In this document: one piece after another, positions 13,198-32,122 of the stretch
Layout of the letters: each line of letters begins with the position of its first letter
Numbering within the stretch: position 1 is the first letter of the stretch
From: Bigelowiella natans CCMP2755
Lineage: Eukaryota > Protista > Cercozoa
DNA length: 64,000 bases
Assembly (NCBI GenBank): GCA_000320545.1
Contig: ADNK01000314.1
Location: forward strand, 1-64,000
Reading direction: 5' to 3'
Notes under the pieces: generated by a model
Seen by the model: only the letters and a program-made list of their open reading frames with translations
Told to the model about the DNA's origin: nothing
Database searches by the model: none
Position numbers and translations under genes: made by a program

Positions 13198-14767
13198 ATG
13201 GAAACCAAGAAAACTCCGCCGCCCGTCCTAAAGCTCCTTTCAAGCGCAGACTACACTGTACCGGGAGAATACGTGGCCGATACAAGAGATTATGAGGACC
13301 ATACATTTTCCGGGATTATGTTCAGTACGATAACGTTTGGTGAATTAGTTGAAAAGTTTGAATAATCTTGTGATCTAACCTCAGATATCGTGGCAAAAAA
13401 GCATCTCCCAGTAAAATATGTTGAGATCATGGCAATTTGGTAAAACTTTGATTTGTGTCTCTTCGATTCAATAATCATGTACTGATTGTATTTTAGGGTA
13501 CGTGGGCAATTGGGGAGGATGCAGGTGATTTTTAATATGCAACAGCGACATTTTTTTTCTTAGAAGCAGAATATCGTCTAGGTATTTATCGCAAAGGATT
13601 CCTACCGTGATAAATACACCCAACCCTCGGAATGGACCCGAATTCACTGTGGTATTATTCTAACACAAGCAAAAATTTAGATAAATTTGTGGTCAAAGCA
13701 ATATCATCGCGAATACACAAACAGTTCTCGAGAGGATTATAGACCACAATAGCGCTTGAAAAACAATATTCATAGAACGTTGGCGAAGTAAATAGTTCAT
13801 TTGAAATATGCCAAACAGATGTCCACGATCCAAGCGTAAGTACCCTTTCTCCTTTGAAGCTTTCCCCTTCGATTAAGCTGAAACCTGGAGAGGCGATTGG
13901 AGTTTATGTACACAGTTCTAGATTTGGAGACCAGGTACTCGGCCCAGAGTTTTCTTGAAATTGTTGTACTTTAACTCAGAAATCTGCTATATTTAGGCTA
14001 TTGTATATAACAATCAACACGGAGTCGAGACACACAGTGACGACTTCCTCAAAATACTGCCAGGTTGAAATAGGATAAAAGTAAACATTCAAAATAACAT
14101 AAAAATTACGAATCAATGAATTCCACAGGGATGGCGCACACCAGTTCCCAAGCCTTCAATCCTGTTTCTCCATGGGGCCACACATCTTGGAGACGGAGGA
14201 GGGAGTTTGTAGGTTGATCCACTAAAGTGTTGAAAGAAGGTTTTTTTAACTGAAAATTGCTACGCGATTAGGGAGGCTGAGCTATGGTGCCAAGTTTCTA
14301 CTTTGGAATAATAAAAATCACGAGTTTTTCCCGGAAGCATTTCGACAAGCGGTTACCATTACAAAATCAATTCATACGGTTCACCATGAATGCTATGCAT
14401 TACAACGTCTCCTGCCAAGTATCGACATAAAAATTTATTAATTTCTGAATGCTTCCTGAATTTGAATTCGTCGCCACGAATAACGAACAGGTTGCATCCG
14501 CTTTGAGTGTGAGAAATACACCGAAAGGAAAAACGACTAGCTGTCCTATTCTTCCATGCTCTGTGATAAAATATATCTTCAACTTTTGTCCTTGGTAGTT
14601 CACTTATTAGTGGTTTACCGAAGGTGTACTAAGTTACGACTTATGCATGAAAAAGGCATTGGTTCGAGGGAGTGCCACAGGAAGCTGATGACAAGAAACA
14701 CTCAAAATTGTACAGATTAGGCCAAGGCCTTGCGAGGTCGAATATTTCATCTAGTTTTATGGTTTGA
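13198..14767 (+). CDS. Uncharacterised protist protein, multi-exon with short introns
   Basis: Spliced reading METKKTPPP..DYEDHTFSGIMF..YVEIMAIW|VRGQLGRMQ..GEAIGVYVHS..AIVYNNQ..GMAHTSSQAF..RREFVG..LPCSVIKYIFNFCPW|HWFEG..*, joined by consistent GT-AG introns of ~55-80 nt. Confidence 0.7.
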
Positions 14768-15080
14768 GTAGCAGTTGTAGTTTTGATGCGATGGCGATTG
14801 TAGGAAACTAAGCGGAATCCGAGATGAACTCGATCAACACAAGAGGTGCATCCTTAGCTGATCCCGAATGCAAACATATGAGGGCGTGATGCTCTCTGTC
14901 TTTGGCCAGATTTGTAGAGTTTATATTTATTAACGCATGGACAAGTTACTAAGTACAAATGATCTATTATACGCTATCAACGACTTTCCTTTTGCGTATA
15001 TGCGAGCATGGACCACATCAGACATATTAGCTGAGACAAACAAATATAACATAAGCGCTGTAGCCGCAGCTTTGCAAAAC

Positions 15081-15138
15081 TGCATTAGATGTTGATAGAA
15101 TGTAACTTAATTTATTGATTCATTACATCCATCTCATG
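15081..15138 (-). repeat. Copy of the dispersed ~55-bp convergent-spacer element
   Basis: Reverse complement reads catgagatggatgtaatgaatcaataaattaagttacattctatcaacatctaatgca. Confidence 0.75.
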
Positions 15139-15624
15139 TATGCCATCAAAATGATGTGCATGTGCATACAGATTACGCATGCAATGATGATGATGTGAAA
15201 GAAGCCCGATGAGAGAGAGAAAGAAGGGAGCCAAAGCCGGAGAGAGCTACGAATGAATGCAAGGCAGATGCAGTGCATGTCATGGTGACATAGACCTACT
15301 GCATGTACTAGACCTACGCAGAGAAGGGTTGTGTCTTCAAAATTCTGATGTCTTGCTAGCAGATGTGTTCGCAACATCATGAACATCGGACAGCATGGAG
15401 CCATTTCACAAAAGCACTGTAGCATGCTACATACTGAATTCGCTGCAAAAATACAAAATCCTCCTACCTACTGCTAGCTACAACTGCGAAGGCATATTTA
15501 CACGTCTACGAGGGATAGCATGTCCTTTTTTTGGTTCCTGGTGCAGCAGCGGCTTGATCATTGTGTCTTTGTGACATGCTGCTCACAGTGACTCTTGTCC
15601 TACAAAAATTGACATGCAACTTTA

Positions 15625-16253
15625 CTAGATCAACATTGCTACTGCTACGTTTAGATCCCCGTTTGCGTAAGCTAAGGCTTGGTGGATTTCTTGATCTGAT
15701 TTTTGCATCCCTTTCACAATGGTCTTAAGTATTACCATCCTGTTTTGAACATGGTTTTTTCCCTCGCTGCTTTGCTTCTTCTCCTTTGATTCAAAAAAAA
15801 CTTTGCAAGCTTGATTTTCTCTAAGGTGAATCTCCATTTTCTAGGCACAAAATTAAAAGTTTTGTAAGAGTTCGAAAACGAGCTAATAGACTCTATCGCC
15901 TGTTTTCGAGTGCCCGCAATTTGTGTCACATTTGAATTTTACATTCAAAACCTCTCTCAGATTTGTCAAGCTATCGGCTTCCAGACTGTCGTTGCAATGC
16001 TTACATTTCGCTTCCACCTGCGCATTTTGGGAAATACCAGTTTCATTAGAAGTTAGCGATGCTTGGTCGTACATGGAAACCTTCCGTGTTTTTGCAGGGC
16101 ACTCGCCTCCTACTCTTGATCTTGGGTGAGATGCTTGTATCGTAACAGCGCATGTTTTAGGAGCAGTCTCACCTTATTTTTTAGCATTACTACACCTCGC
16201 TACACAATAGCCACATGCATTTAAAATTAATGTTAACTTTTTCTGTTCGACAT
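15625..16253 (-). CDS. Small protein with a C2HC zinc-finger-like motif and a C-terminal UBA-like domain
   Basis: Three exons give MSNRK|SETAPKTC..KCKHC..FKCDTNCGHSKTGDR|KMEIHLRENQAC..SDQEIHQALAYANGDLNVAVAMLI*. The end matches the UBA 'AL..ANGD...AV..L' pattern. Confidence 0.6.
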
Positions 16254-16757
16254 TGCGCCTCGGGAATGTGGAATGTGGGGCTGAGGCACAAGTTTAGATT
16301 GTGTGTGTTTCTGTCGCTGAGCGACAGGGCATAAATTCGTCGCTCAGGAGAATCACAGGCGAATTTTTCGGAATCTCCTCTTCGAAACCCTCTAATGCTA
16401 GGGAACGTTTCGCTGCCGGTAATCGCCTAGCGTCTAGGGTCGCGACATCCCAGCATTCGCCAAAATAGCATCTCAATATCTCTCGATGCCGTTAGTGCTG
16501 GAACACCAATAATCTGCGAAAATACCCTAAACTTCCTAAGAACGACATCGCTGAAAATATCAGTGGGTTTCCTCCAAGGGCGGACCAACAGATTCGGGAT
16601 TTTCAAGGTATCCATGCTCATCCCTTTGCGAACATGAATCAGATTCGACTAATCAGCCGTTCGATGACGACAACACCATATATATTCTACGCAGCATATA
16701 CATTTTGGGTGGATTGCATTGTTTTCCCTCTCGAACAAGTACTTACTACATGCACAC

Positions 16758-18657
16758 ATGGCAGGAAAAAGAATGCTTCGCATCTTTATTCATTCAGCCA
16801 ACGATCTTCCAGCTGGAGATAAGAGTGGTCTATCTGATCCATACGTTAATGTCGTTATCAAGGAGAAAGATGGAAAGGAATCAAAGCTGAAGACTAAGGT
16901 CAAAAGTCAGAGCTCCACATATTAATTTTCTAATGTGTTTCTCAATATTAACCAGACCATAAAGAAAACCCTAGATCCAGAGTGGGATGAGAAATTCGAA
17001 GTATTGTGTCCTTCTGGACTTGATTCAATTCTCTTCAGCGTCGTTGACAACGATGTAGATACAGGAAGAAAATACTATAGACGATAATATTGAATAGAGC
17101 AAGTTTCGAACCACTCATTATTTAGATCCATGGAGAGAGTCAATTGTGTGTATTCTTCCAGGTTCTTGGGAAGGATGAAGAATTAGGTTGGGTCAAACTA
17201 GAACAAAGAAAGGCAAATTTATCACGATGGCCAACCACAACAGATCTGAAGCTCAGACAAGGTTGTTTTATATTTGTAGCCATCATGTTGTTTACAAATC
17301 AACACCATAAGAAAGAAGTTCTTCAATCGGAATTAATACTTAAAGGAACTCTTAGAGTTACGTTGGCACTTGCCTCTACCGATGATTGGATATGGAAACC
17401 ATATGTGGGAACGCTGAAACTGACTATAGTTGAAGCATCGGGCCTCCGCGATACTAATTTGGTTACTCGGCAAAATCCAATTGTCTACGCCAAGTATAAG
17501 GATGTGGAACTGAAAACCTCAGTTTGCAAAGGGGGGCATAAAACTCCTAAATGGAATGAAACTCTTGAATTCAAAGTATGAATAATTGCTCTGAAAATAT
17601 CTAATACGCATCACCACTAATTTTCACTATGTCATATATAAGATCGATAATCCTCCAGGAGACACTGAGGAAATTCAAGTGGTAATTAAAGATAAAGAAA
17701 CTTTGAAGGAAGACTTTTTGGGCGAAGTGATTCTTCCCTTGCCTCTTCTAATCACAAATAAGAAACGATGGTGGAGAGTATTTCAGAATATGAAAAAGAA
17801 CCAGGTAGAAGGCCAACTTCATTTGATCGCTTCTTTCGAAGGCAAAGGTGGATATCCAACGAAAAAGGAAGATAACAGTAACTCGCGCCATGGAATAATT
17901 AAGGCAGAATACGGCGTGCCAAGGGATCGTATGATAAACGTTACCTCGGTATGAACTTTCGCTCTATCGCCATAGCTTTTCTTAAAATAGCCTGTAAGTT
18001 TCAATTAGTGAACTCGTATAATTCACTTAATTGTTCAGGTCCTTAGCCATGAAAGATTGATCCAAAAGGGGAAACTCATCTTACCGCGCAACTTGGACCT
18101 GGACTTCGCATTTGGCTGTGATCCCCATCCGGTATGAAAGAATGTTTCAAACTTCGTCATTGACGAGGATCACACTGATTCAATGGTATTTCATCGAATG
18201 GATAATTACAATATCAAAAGGGATCCCAGAAAGAGCTTGTCATAAAATATTGGAATAAAGAAAAAAAAGAAGACAAACTGGTCTGAACACCCAAAAAGAT
18301 AAAAAAAATTGAATGCCACATAATTAAATTATGATTTAGACTATTCCTACGGCCGAACGGAAAGAGGAGATTGACAACAACCCCAAAAGAATTGAACATG
18401 TTTTGACTGAAGATTATGAGATTAAGAATCTTAAAGGTTAGCAGGCGTTGCTTGCGTGCACGCACTAAAACTTAAATAATGATAAACATTGCAGTGTTCA
18501 TAGTTTCACGATAGTGTTTTATTCAGCTGAAAACATCATCAGTGGCATCAGCAAGGCATTGAAAGAACACTCGAATGGAGGATCCGAAGATAGCGGGATG
18601 CTATGGATAATTGCAATTGTCATTCTTGCAATTTATCTTAAATTGTTCTATATCTAA
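16758..18657 (+). CDS. Tandem C2-domain protein with a DNAJC11-C-terminal/lectin-like domain and a C-terminal TM anchor
   Basis: C2 #1: LRIFIHSANDLPAGDKSGLSDPYV..KKTLDPEWDEKF. C2 #2: GTLKLTIVEASGLRD..PKWNETLEF..KEDFLGEV. Then IIKAEYG..INVT..GCDPHP|GSQKELVIKY and the tail MLWIIAIVILAIYLKLFYI*. Confidence 0.8.
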
Positions 18658-19182
18658 ACATGCGAATTACGATGATACCCGGACAGCATTAGTATCTAAT
18701 GCTGTGCCCGTACATGTGATGTATATATCTGTGAGCAAAATAAGCTTCCTTTCTTCTTGATTCTACATGCAGTTTTGAACGTCCGGAATTCTGAACGCTG
18801 GCAAGCAAAGCTAGCTTGCAGTCGTTGTAGCGTGGCTGCTGCCGCATAAGTTCCGGCGCGCACAGAGGAAGACGAGTTACATGATTGCGTCTACATTGAA
18901 ACAAATCTATGCACATTGCACGCACCATGTTGCACGCTAAAGCACAGCATCCGAGTTGTGTATGCCAGGCACAATAGATTCAATCTGCTCATCACTTCGT
19001 GATGATCGACTTTTTCATTTCAAAGCAATGCTAGCAATGGCATTGAGATGATCTGACCAATCAAGCATCGTAACGCTATCTAGATATCTTATTGCTTCGA
19101 TGAAGCTCTTATTATATTCATGTTCGCTGAAGACCCACCATACACGCAGCACAAATGTGAATAATCCTGGATGCTTACGCGG

Positions 19183-20482
19183 TCAAAGCCCTTTATTAAA
19201 GTAAAATTTTTCAATTCCGAGAGTACGAAACTCTGGTTCTAATTTCGCTGCAGAAATCTCAGCTTTCTGTGTGAAAACTGCTTGCGCAGGGTACACACCC
19301 AGGCTTACCATCGACGTACTTACGAGTAGATTAACTGGTATCAGCATCTTAGGATTTGCTGCGTGAAAGGCTGTGCGATAGTAGTAGTTCAGCAAAATTG
19401 GACTGAATACCAAGGCTGGTATGTTCCAGAACACCCGGGCAGCGCAACATTTGGCAATCCCCTCCCGTGCTGCTATCTTACTTTTTCCATATTGCACGCC
19501 TTCTTGGTCGAAGAGGTACACACCATTCCGCAGTTCGTCAAACCGCATAGATATTAAGCTCGCCCACCCTGCCCCCACACAGCCCACAAATGGAGCCCCG
19601 GAACGCACTACTGTGGCCGCCATCGAACTACGACGAGCACCCATCGACTCCCCCCACATTTGAATTCCTAAACAAAATAGATTCAGTGCCAGAAATACAA
19701 CGATAAAAGCGCGTGTAAGTATCGTAAGCCTAAAATGTTTTTCTTGAGTAGAAAACTAGCTAGCTGCGACAGAATCAGCGACCTGCCGATAGTCCAATTC
19801 CTGATGCGCATGCAAGAAAGTAGGACTTGAAGAGGTCGAAGTTGCTCAATGGCGAAGACTTGTTTTTATTGTGATACCAAACCCTACGTGTAAAGTGGTT
19901 TGTGTTAAATAGAATGTATGAAACGCAAAAGTCATCAATTCAATTCGGTTTTGATTTTCATTTGCATTCGTGAGCGGATTTTTGTGAAACAAGTCAGTAC
20001 TACTTACATTGCGTTGTACGACTGATTGTACCACTGCCAGAACACTTGGTTTGCCACCGAACCCCCCGGCCAAAGCATTCCAAGAATGATAACAGGTTGC
20101 ATAGGAACGTATGCAGCGAAGCAAAAAGGAAGCAGGATTTTCTTGCCATCGTCAGGATGGCATCTTGATTCCACCAACTCTTTAGCACGCCACAGCTCCA
20201 CATCACTCGGGTTCCCCTGTTTGTGAGGCTCTCGTCCCTGCTTCTTATAGTTGTCGATTGCGCTAATGGCCTTGTCCAGTTCCTGATCACTGACAAGGAG
20301 CTTTCTGGGATCGAACTGCACCAAAATCTGACTAAGCCTCCCCAAGAAAGTACTTGAATCGAAGCGCGACCTAAGTATGAGCCATAAGTGCAGTCTCAAC
20401 TCCCATTCTCTCAGTTTCCCAACGGAGATCATTGAAACCTTTTCAGGTCGAAGGGCGGGTAGCTGTCGTCTTTGCCAGCCAT
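19183..20482 (-). CDS. SFXN: Sideroflexin (mitochondrial carrier, Mtc/SFXN family)
   Basis: SRFDSSTFLGR..FDPR, HPDDGKKILLPF, FWQWYNQSYNA, PFVGCVGAG..MRFDEL..G, GKSKIAAREG, and the terminal LEPEF..FYFNKGL* are family hallmarks; four exons. Confidence 0.95.
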
Positions 20483-21033
20483 AGCCTCTACTTTTGGAGA
20501 AATGATCGAAGCAAGATAATAGGCCGACCTTAGCAGCATAGAGGGAAACAATTCTGTGAGAAACATGGCGATGGCGCGGCAGAAAGCCTCTCGCTTGGGG
20601 AGGGGGATACCTCGAGCGGTCTTTCAGGGTGTAAGTGTGGTCAAATCCATCATCGCCGTTTTAATCTGCTCAAATCGCCGGTTTTTAACTGGAATTTTGG
20701 ATAAATGGCCTGTATTTTCGCCCTCCGTCAAAAACCTTCGCCCATGACTTTAAAAGATCGAATACAAGCACACAGGAGATAGTAGTATCTCTCACCCCCC
20801 CCAACCCACATTTACACATACTGGCCAAGCACAATCTATCTCCAACCTACCCAGAGCGGGGGGAGTTAGAACGGAGAGGACATAACGCACCAGCGCAATC
20901 CCCATCCGGATTGCAACCAGTAAGTGCTTGCCCGGCTTGAAGAACTGCCACGTGCTGTTTGAAACGCTGTCAGGCAAGAAAAAAAATAAGAAGAACGAGG
21001 AAGATCTCTTGTAGCAACGTTGATTCAGTTAGC

Positions 21034-22693
21034 ATGGCTGCCAGTACGAAAGGTAGCCATGACGCCTCCAGCGTACCGCGCTCTAATCGTGCGTGAGACA
21101 GCAGCCTGAATCATTCTGAGAGAAAACAACAATATCATATTTTGCACAGGATTCTTCAAGGCGGCCTGGGATGGCAAGTTGGATCAGCTCAAGACTCTCA
21201 TCGAAGCAAACGCAAATGTAAACACTCCGAGTCAAGACTTTGAAAACTGGACGGTGTTGCACATCGCAGCAGACGCGAATAATCTCACAATGATAAAATA
21301 TCTTCTCGGGGCAAAAGCTGACGTGTTTGCCAAAGAGGACGATGGTATGGTTCCGCGCGAGCTGGCATCGACCCAAGAAGTCATAAATTTCCTGAAGGAA
21401 GCGGAAAAAGAGGGGAAACACAGTCATGCCAAAGATAAGGGCAGCTCAAACGTAGAAACTAAGAAAATCCCTGATGGGAAAGAAGCTGGAAGTTTGATCC
21501 GCCTCGACATGGATGACGACGTATCGGTTGCAAAAACCATCGATCTGAAAGTGCCTGTGCAGTTCTGTGCAGCTGGAAATGGACATGCTGCAGTCATCTC
21601 TAACAAGGGCGACCTCTTCCTGTGGGGCTTGAATGCCGACAGCCAACTCGGTGTCGACACGAATGGAAAGCCTGCAAAGGGACCAATGCCTGTCGCTATT
21701 CCTTTTACGGACAAAGATAAACTGGGAAGCGTTATTCATGTAGCCTGCGGAACCAATCATACTCTAGCTGCCGTGTCCGACGGAACGCTGTGGAGCTGGG
21801 GATCTGGAAAGATGGGTAAACTGGGTCATGGCAACGAGGCAACCAAGCGCATTCCTACCCGGGTCAGTCTTCATGGAATACAGCTACCGTGTGGAAAAGA
21901 ATACAGAGAAGAAGGGGATGGGATAGGGAAGGAAAATACCATGATTTGCACTTTCGTTGCCTGCTCGGAAAGCGCTTCAGCAGCGCTATTCAAACAGAAG
22001 GAGACCGAGAAAAAGGGGCAGAATGGTACTTCCCGCAAAGGATCGACACTCTTTACCTGGGGCAATAATCGAAGCGGGATTCTGGGCCTTGGTGACACAA
22101 TCCCTCATTTTCGACCCGCAGGGGTGGACTTCAAGAAGCTCAGCTTGAAAAAGTATGACAGAGATGACATCGTGACTGACGTCAGTATGGGAAATAATCA
22201 CGCTGCAGCGGTTTTGGAGGACGGGATGATTTCCACATGGGGCCAAGGCGACTTTGGGCAGCTAGGTTATCAGATCGGTGAGGACAACGAAGACGACCTT
22301 CAGCTTACCCCTCGAATTGTCAACCCTAAGACATTTCCCGATGACTTCGAGTCAGAAGATGCAATTTTGAGCGTCTCTTGTGGTCCGAGTCACACCTCAT
22401 GCATCTCCAAATGCGGGTCGATTTACTCTTGGGGTGCAGGCGAAACCCAGCAGCTGGGGATCGAGGATACCGATGATGTGTTTGAACCAGTCAAGGTGGA
22501 CAGTTCCGTCTCATTTGTACAACTATCTGTCGGAAGCACAGCCACCGCTGCGATCACATCAAGTGGAAAGGTTTACATGTGGGGGTTTGAAGTCGGCGAG
22601 ACCGCTCCACAGCTTTCCCGGACTCTAGAGCCGTATACAATTAAACACGGTGCTGTCGGTTCAGGCAATGCCCCAACAATCTTTACGTATTAG
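21034..22693 (+). CDS. Ankyrin-repeat plus RCC1 beta-propeller protein
   Basis: MAASTK|GFFKAAWDGKLDQLKTLIEANANVN..WTVLHIAA (ankyrin), then RCC1 repeats: VACGTNHTLA..LWSWGSGKMGKLGHG, TWGQGDFGQLG, VSCGPSHT..YSWGAGETQQLG. Confidence 0.92.
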
Positions 22694-22943
22694 CTCATTG
22701 TATACCGATACGACGATAGAAATCGATCGCTGCTGGAGAAAAAGAGAAATGAAATTCTGATGAAAACGTTGAAGTTACATCAATGCAAGTACGCCGTGTA
22801 CATGAAGCCCGCCGCGGCGCAGCAAATATGACTGAAATTCAGCTTGACCGCTCTAGCTAGCGTGGCGTATATACGTATGCTATGCTATATGATGTGAGCA
22901 CTTCAGCATCATACCATGCATTGACAAAGTGTGTTATGTTTGC

Positions 22944-22994
22944 GAGACGGATGTAATGAATTATTGAATGTAGCTCTGCATAGCTAATTGTCAC
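22944..22994 (+). repeat. Copy of the dispersed ~55-bp convergent-spacer element
   Basis: gagacggatgtaatgaattattgaatgtagctctgcatagctaattgtcac. Confidence 0.7.
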
Positions 22995-23596
22995 ACATGC
23001 ATGGCTAGCTAGATACGATGGGGTTGTTTCATAGTGATGTACCCTTTGTCTATTTTGCATAGCTCGAGTGAGGCAATAGCTCGATACCGCCGCTGCGCCC
23101 TTCATTGCGCCGGCGAAGCTGTTTGCTGCTGCTTAGTACGTATATATTATGTACGTAGTAGCAGCATGCCTCTGTCTGCTGTTACGTCTACTGGCAGCAG
23201 CCTACGCTACGACCGATTATGCCCACGCTATATATAGCACGTATTAAATATTACATGCGACCGCGTTGCAAGCGTTGGTCAGTGCCCTTACATATCAAAT
23301 GCGCTGCCGCCATCAACTACTACATTAGATCTCTACGTATGAAGTGTGGCTAGGCAAAAACATAATGCTATGCTATGCTGTACTATTTCTAACTAGACAA
23401 TTTCTGTGCGCTTAGCGCACCGCATCGCAACACACACACACACACACACACACACAAATTCGCAATATAATTTTTACTTTCTCTGAATGGCATTTTTTTT
23501 TGGTTAAACAGAACATTTCATTTGTGGGAACGCTTAAGTTGGACGCACGAAATAAATGCTTCAGCGGTAGCAAATCTGCTGCATAAAATCTAGTTG

Positions 23597-26287
23597 TCAT
23601 CTGCAAATGAATTGAATCCTGTGCCTCGTTGTACGAAGTTTCTCGACGATACGGTGCCCGTTTCTGAAAGAAAAAGACAAACAAGGGAACGGAACATGCG
23701 TGAGGTCGAGCATCCTGAACAGCAGGCTTCGTCGATTGTACTTACACGCAGCAAACGGTATCGCCCGGTCCCAGATTGCACATTTCTCCGCACTCTACAC
23801 AGCGGTACTTAACGTGCTTCTGTTCTTCCTCGCGCTGCATGATGATTTCAGAGAAATTCGCCAGGCGGTATTGCCCATATTCGTAGAGCTGGAGAGGTGA
23901 CCCACAGAACAACGACAACAACGACGACGACAACAACAACAACAACAACAATTGCGACTTAGGACCACGATAGAAATAGCAACTTGACTGTGTGGTTGTT
24001 GCTTTTCGGGTGTGTCTGTATGGCTCTCATCGGCGCTTTCTCTGTTTGCGCGTCGTATATATTCTTCTTTTGTGGCAGCAACGAGAGCCGCACCATCTTA
24101 TCGTCCTTCATCTCCTGGGCCGCAAATATCAGCTTGAAATCCTCTGCGCTCAGTGTCATGATGCCCCTGAAATCGAATGAACGTCACAAGACGGCAAACT
24201 ATCGTAACGAACACCAGTCCAAATCTTGGGGTTGATTTGACCATCGCCGAGTAATAGGTAAAAATGACAATAGGCTACTACTACTACTACAAGCATCTAA
24301 TCACAATGCGGACCGTTGTGCACGTGCTTGCTGCACGAATAGGTCCTTGAGCTGCGCGACCGTGAAGTAGTCAAACACCGTCTGTCAATATATATCCCAA
24401 TGAATCATGAGAGGGTATTTCCTTCCTCGGAGAGATGCTTTCGCCATTATATGCAAGGAAATTCGAACTTGCCATTAATAATTGAATATATGTTACTATT
24501 GCTGTTACCAGCTCCAGCTTCAGTTCGTCATCTGGATTCATCTTCTGGTCCTTCACGCAAACCTAGGTTTTCGGGTGGTGAGTGTTAGTAGAAGTTCAGT
24601 AGTAATTATGCCACTACTGCTGCTGCTGCTGCTGCTGCTGCTACCGTGAATTGTGCAGACTCGTAGTACAAGGTTGTATTTTCCAGAATCTTGAGGTCCC
24701 AGAGAGACTTCTGTTGCATCTCTTGGGGGTCAAGCCCCTCGCTGCTCTCCTCAATGTAGTACCTGGTGGTTGTGTTCTAACGTCAATTTCTTGATGACTA
24801 ATTCACACATAGCTGCGGCTTCCATCAAATTCCTTGCTGCATATGCGTGCTGATTTAAGAAGTGTTCCTCCTCTCCTCTCAGAGACAATTTTGCTATCGT
24901 CATCATAATCATCATCATAATCATCATCATCGTCGTCGTCGTCGTCGTCGTCTTTTTCCAGGGCGTGAACACCGACTTGCTCTTCGCGTGGTCCGATCTT
25001 CTAGAATTTTCCATGTATTTTTTGTGCAGATCCTGGATGGTGTGGAAGCCGCACACCTTCACCGACCTCTTCAGCGCGCACTGAGGTGGCAATGTGTTAC
25101 ATTGTCAGTGTCAATGGCTGCGGAGATGACGATAGATGCTCTTTGCGGCTACTTGGAAAGCACGAGCAATGGTTTTTCTTATTATTATTATTATTATTAC
25201 CTCTTTATCCTCAATGTTCACACTGTAGAGGCCCAGGAGTACAGAGTCGTTTTGAAGCCCCAGCTGCTCCACTGAGAAAAAAATCAAGGTCCTTCTCAAT
25301 TAAGCAGCATCGCAGAGCGAGAAAGTAAAGAACCTGTTTGATGATCCTCGAGTCTTTTCCCTTCATAGCTCAGAAACTGTTTAAGGAGATTGTGACCAAC
25401 AAACATGCTCAGAGAAAGACATCTGCCACAACCAATTTTTATTTTCATTCGAAAAAAAGTCCCCCCACCCATATATCGGTCTGATACTCAGTCTTGTACT
25501 CCTCCCGTATAATTTGAACAGTCTTATTCATCGATATGTCTTCCAAAGTCTCGCTCTTCCCATCATGCTGGATTATGATCGAGATGGGTTTTAACCTGGG
25601 ATATGTGGTGGGAAAGGTGAGGAACTAACATGTTGAGTGCAAACACGCAAACGCATAGCTTACTCGACTATCAGGCTTCCAGGTAGCTCAATGCCGCTGC
25701 TGTCGTTCTCCACCGTGATAGTTTGGTCCATATCGACTTTGACGAGTCGCTCGGTTTCTAAATCTAGGCTGTAGTCGCGAGAGAGTAAATTGTACACGTC
25801 TGTCATGGTTGCAAGCTTCAATGCAGGGTCTTTCGCGTGTATCTCAATATCCTTATCCTTCATCCTTACCTAATAATTATTGTTTTAGTGATCATTCTCT
25901 ATGTAAGACTTCCAAGCTTTTGATAAAAATATAGGCATTGATGTAATTATGTCCCTATGGATGTGAACATGTCAGGAACGCATCATATGTTAGGCCAACG
26001 GATGCAGGGGTGCCACGCCTTTATAAACTTTTTCTCAATTTTTGAATTGCGGTTGACACCTTTAACACAGGGCTTCCTTTCTCAATTATCTTCCCTACGA
26101 CAACGGTCTGGCGTTCTCTTTGGGGGATTTCTTCCTTCTCTTCATCTGCCCTCGAAGAAGATTTGTATTCGTTCTGATTTTGCTGCTCCCAACCGTCGGA
26201 GTCGCCAGTGCCCCACTCCTGCGTCGCCCATCCCGAGGAGCCCCAGTTATCCCCCCCACTGGTGTTAGAATCACCCCATCCGCTCAT
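23597..26287 (-). CDS. Protein with about three tandem ubiquitin-like domains fused to a C-terminal Rpb12/RPABC4-like zinc ribbon
   Basis: Ubl segments LSYEGKRLEDHQT|VEQLGLQNDSVL, HTIQDLHKKY..KSLWDLKILENTTL and FTVAQLKDLF..FKLIFAAQEMKDDKM|LYEYG. The C-terminus splices to VKYRCVECGEMCNLGPGDTVCCV|NGHRIVEKLRTTRHRIQFICR*. The N-terminus is GW/WG-rich. Confidence 0.75.
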
Positions 26288-26751
26288 TTTTCAATCCCTG
26301 AGCGTTCTTCGTAGATTTATTCTGGTTCCCCCCCACGCAAAGGCTGAGGAGTAGATCCGATCGGTGCACGGGTTGCGTGGGAAAGGGCGTGTGCGTTGGC
26401 GTGGGCGGAGGCTCTAGTTTTTGTGGGCTGGTATTGGGAATAACCAATGATGATTTTCCCCTGCGACATCATAATATTCATGTCGCAGGTGATAAAAGCA
26501 AATGTGATTGGCCCGGTCGCTCCTCAGCCGATATCGCCCGCACAAAAACAAACCTAGCTTGACGTAGGCCCGCCGGCGTTGCTTTCAGCACAACTTTTTT
26601 TGGGGAAGGAATTATGGAAGTATAAGGAGATTTTACACGTTTTTTGCCATCAAAATGGTAATTTCACACCGTAAAGGCGTGCGAGTGGCGCGCTGGAGAG
26701 CGCGGGTGTTACGAATGAGCTTGTATTTGCGCCATAATTTGAATCAACACA

Positions 26752-32122
<5,371 letters not shown>

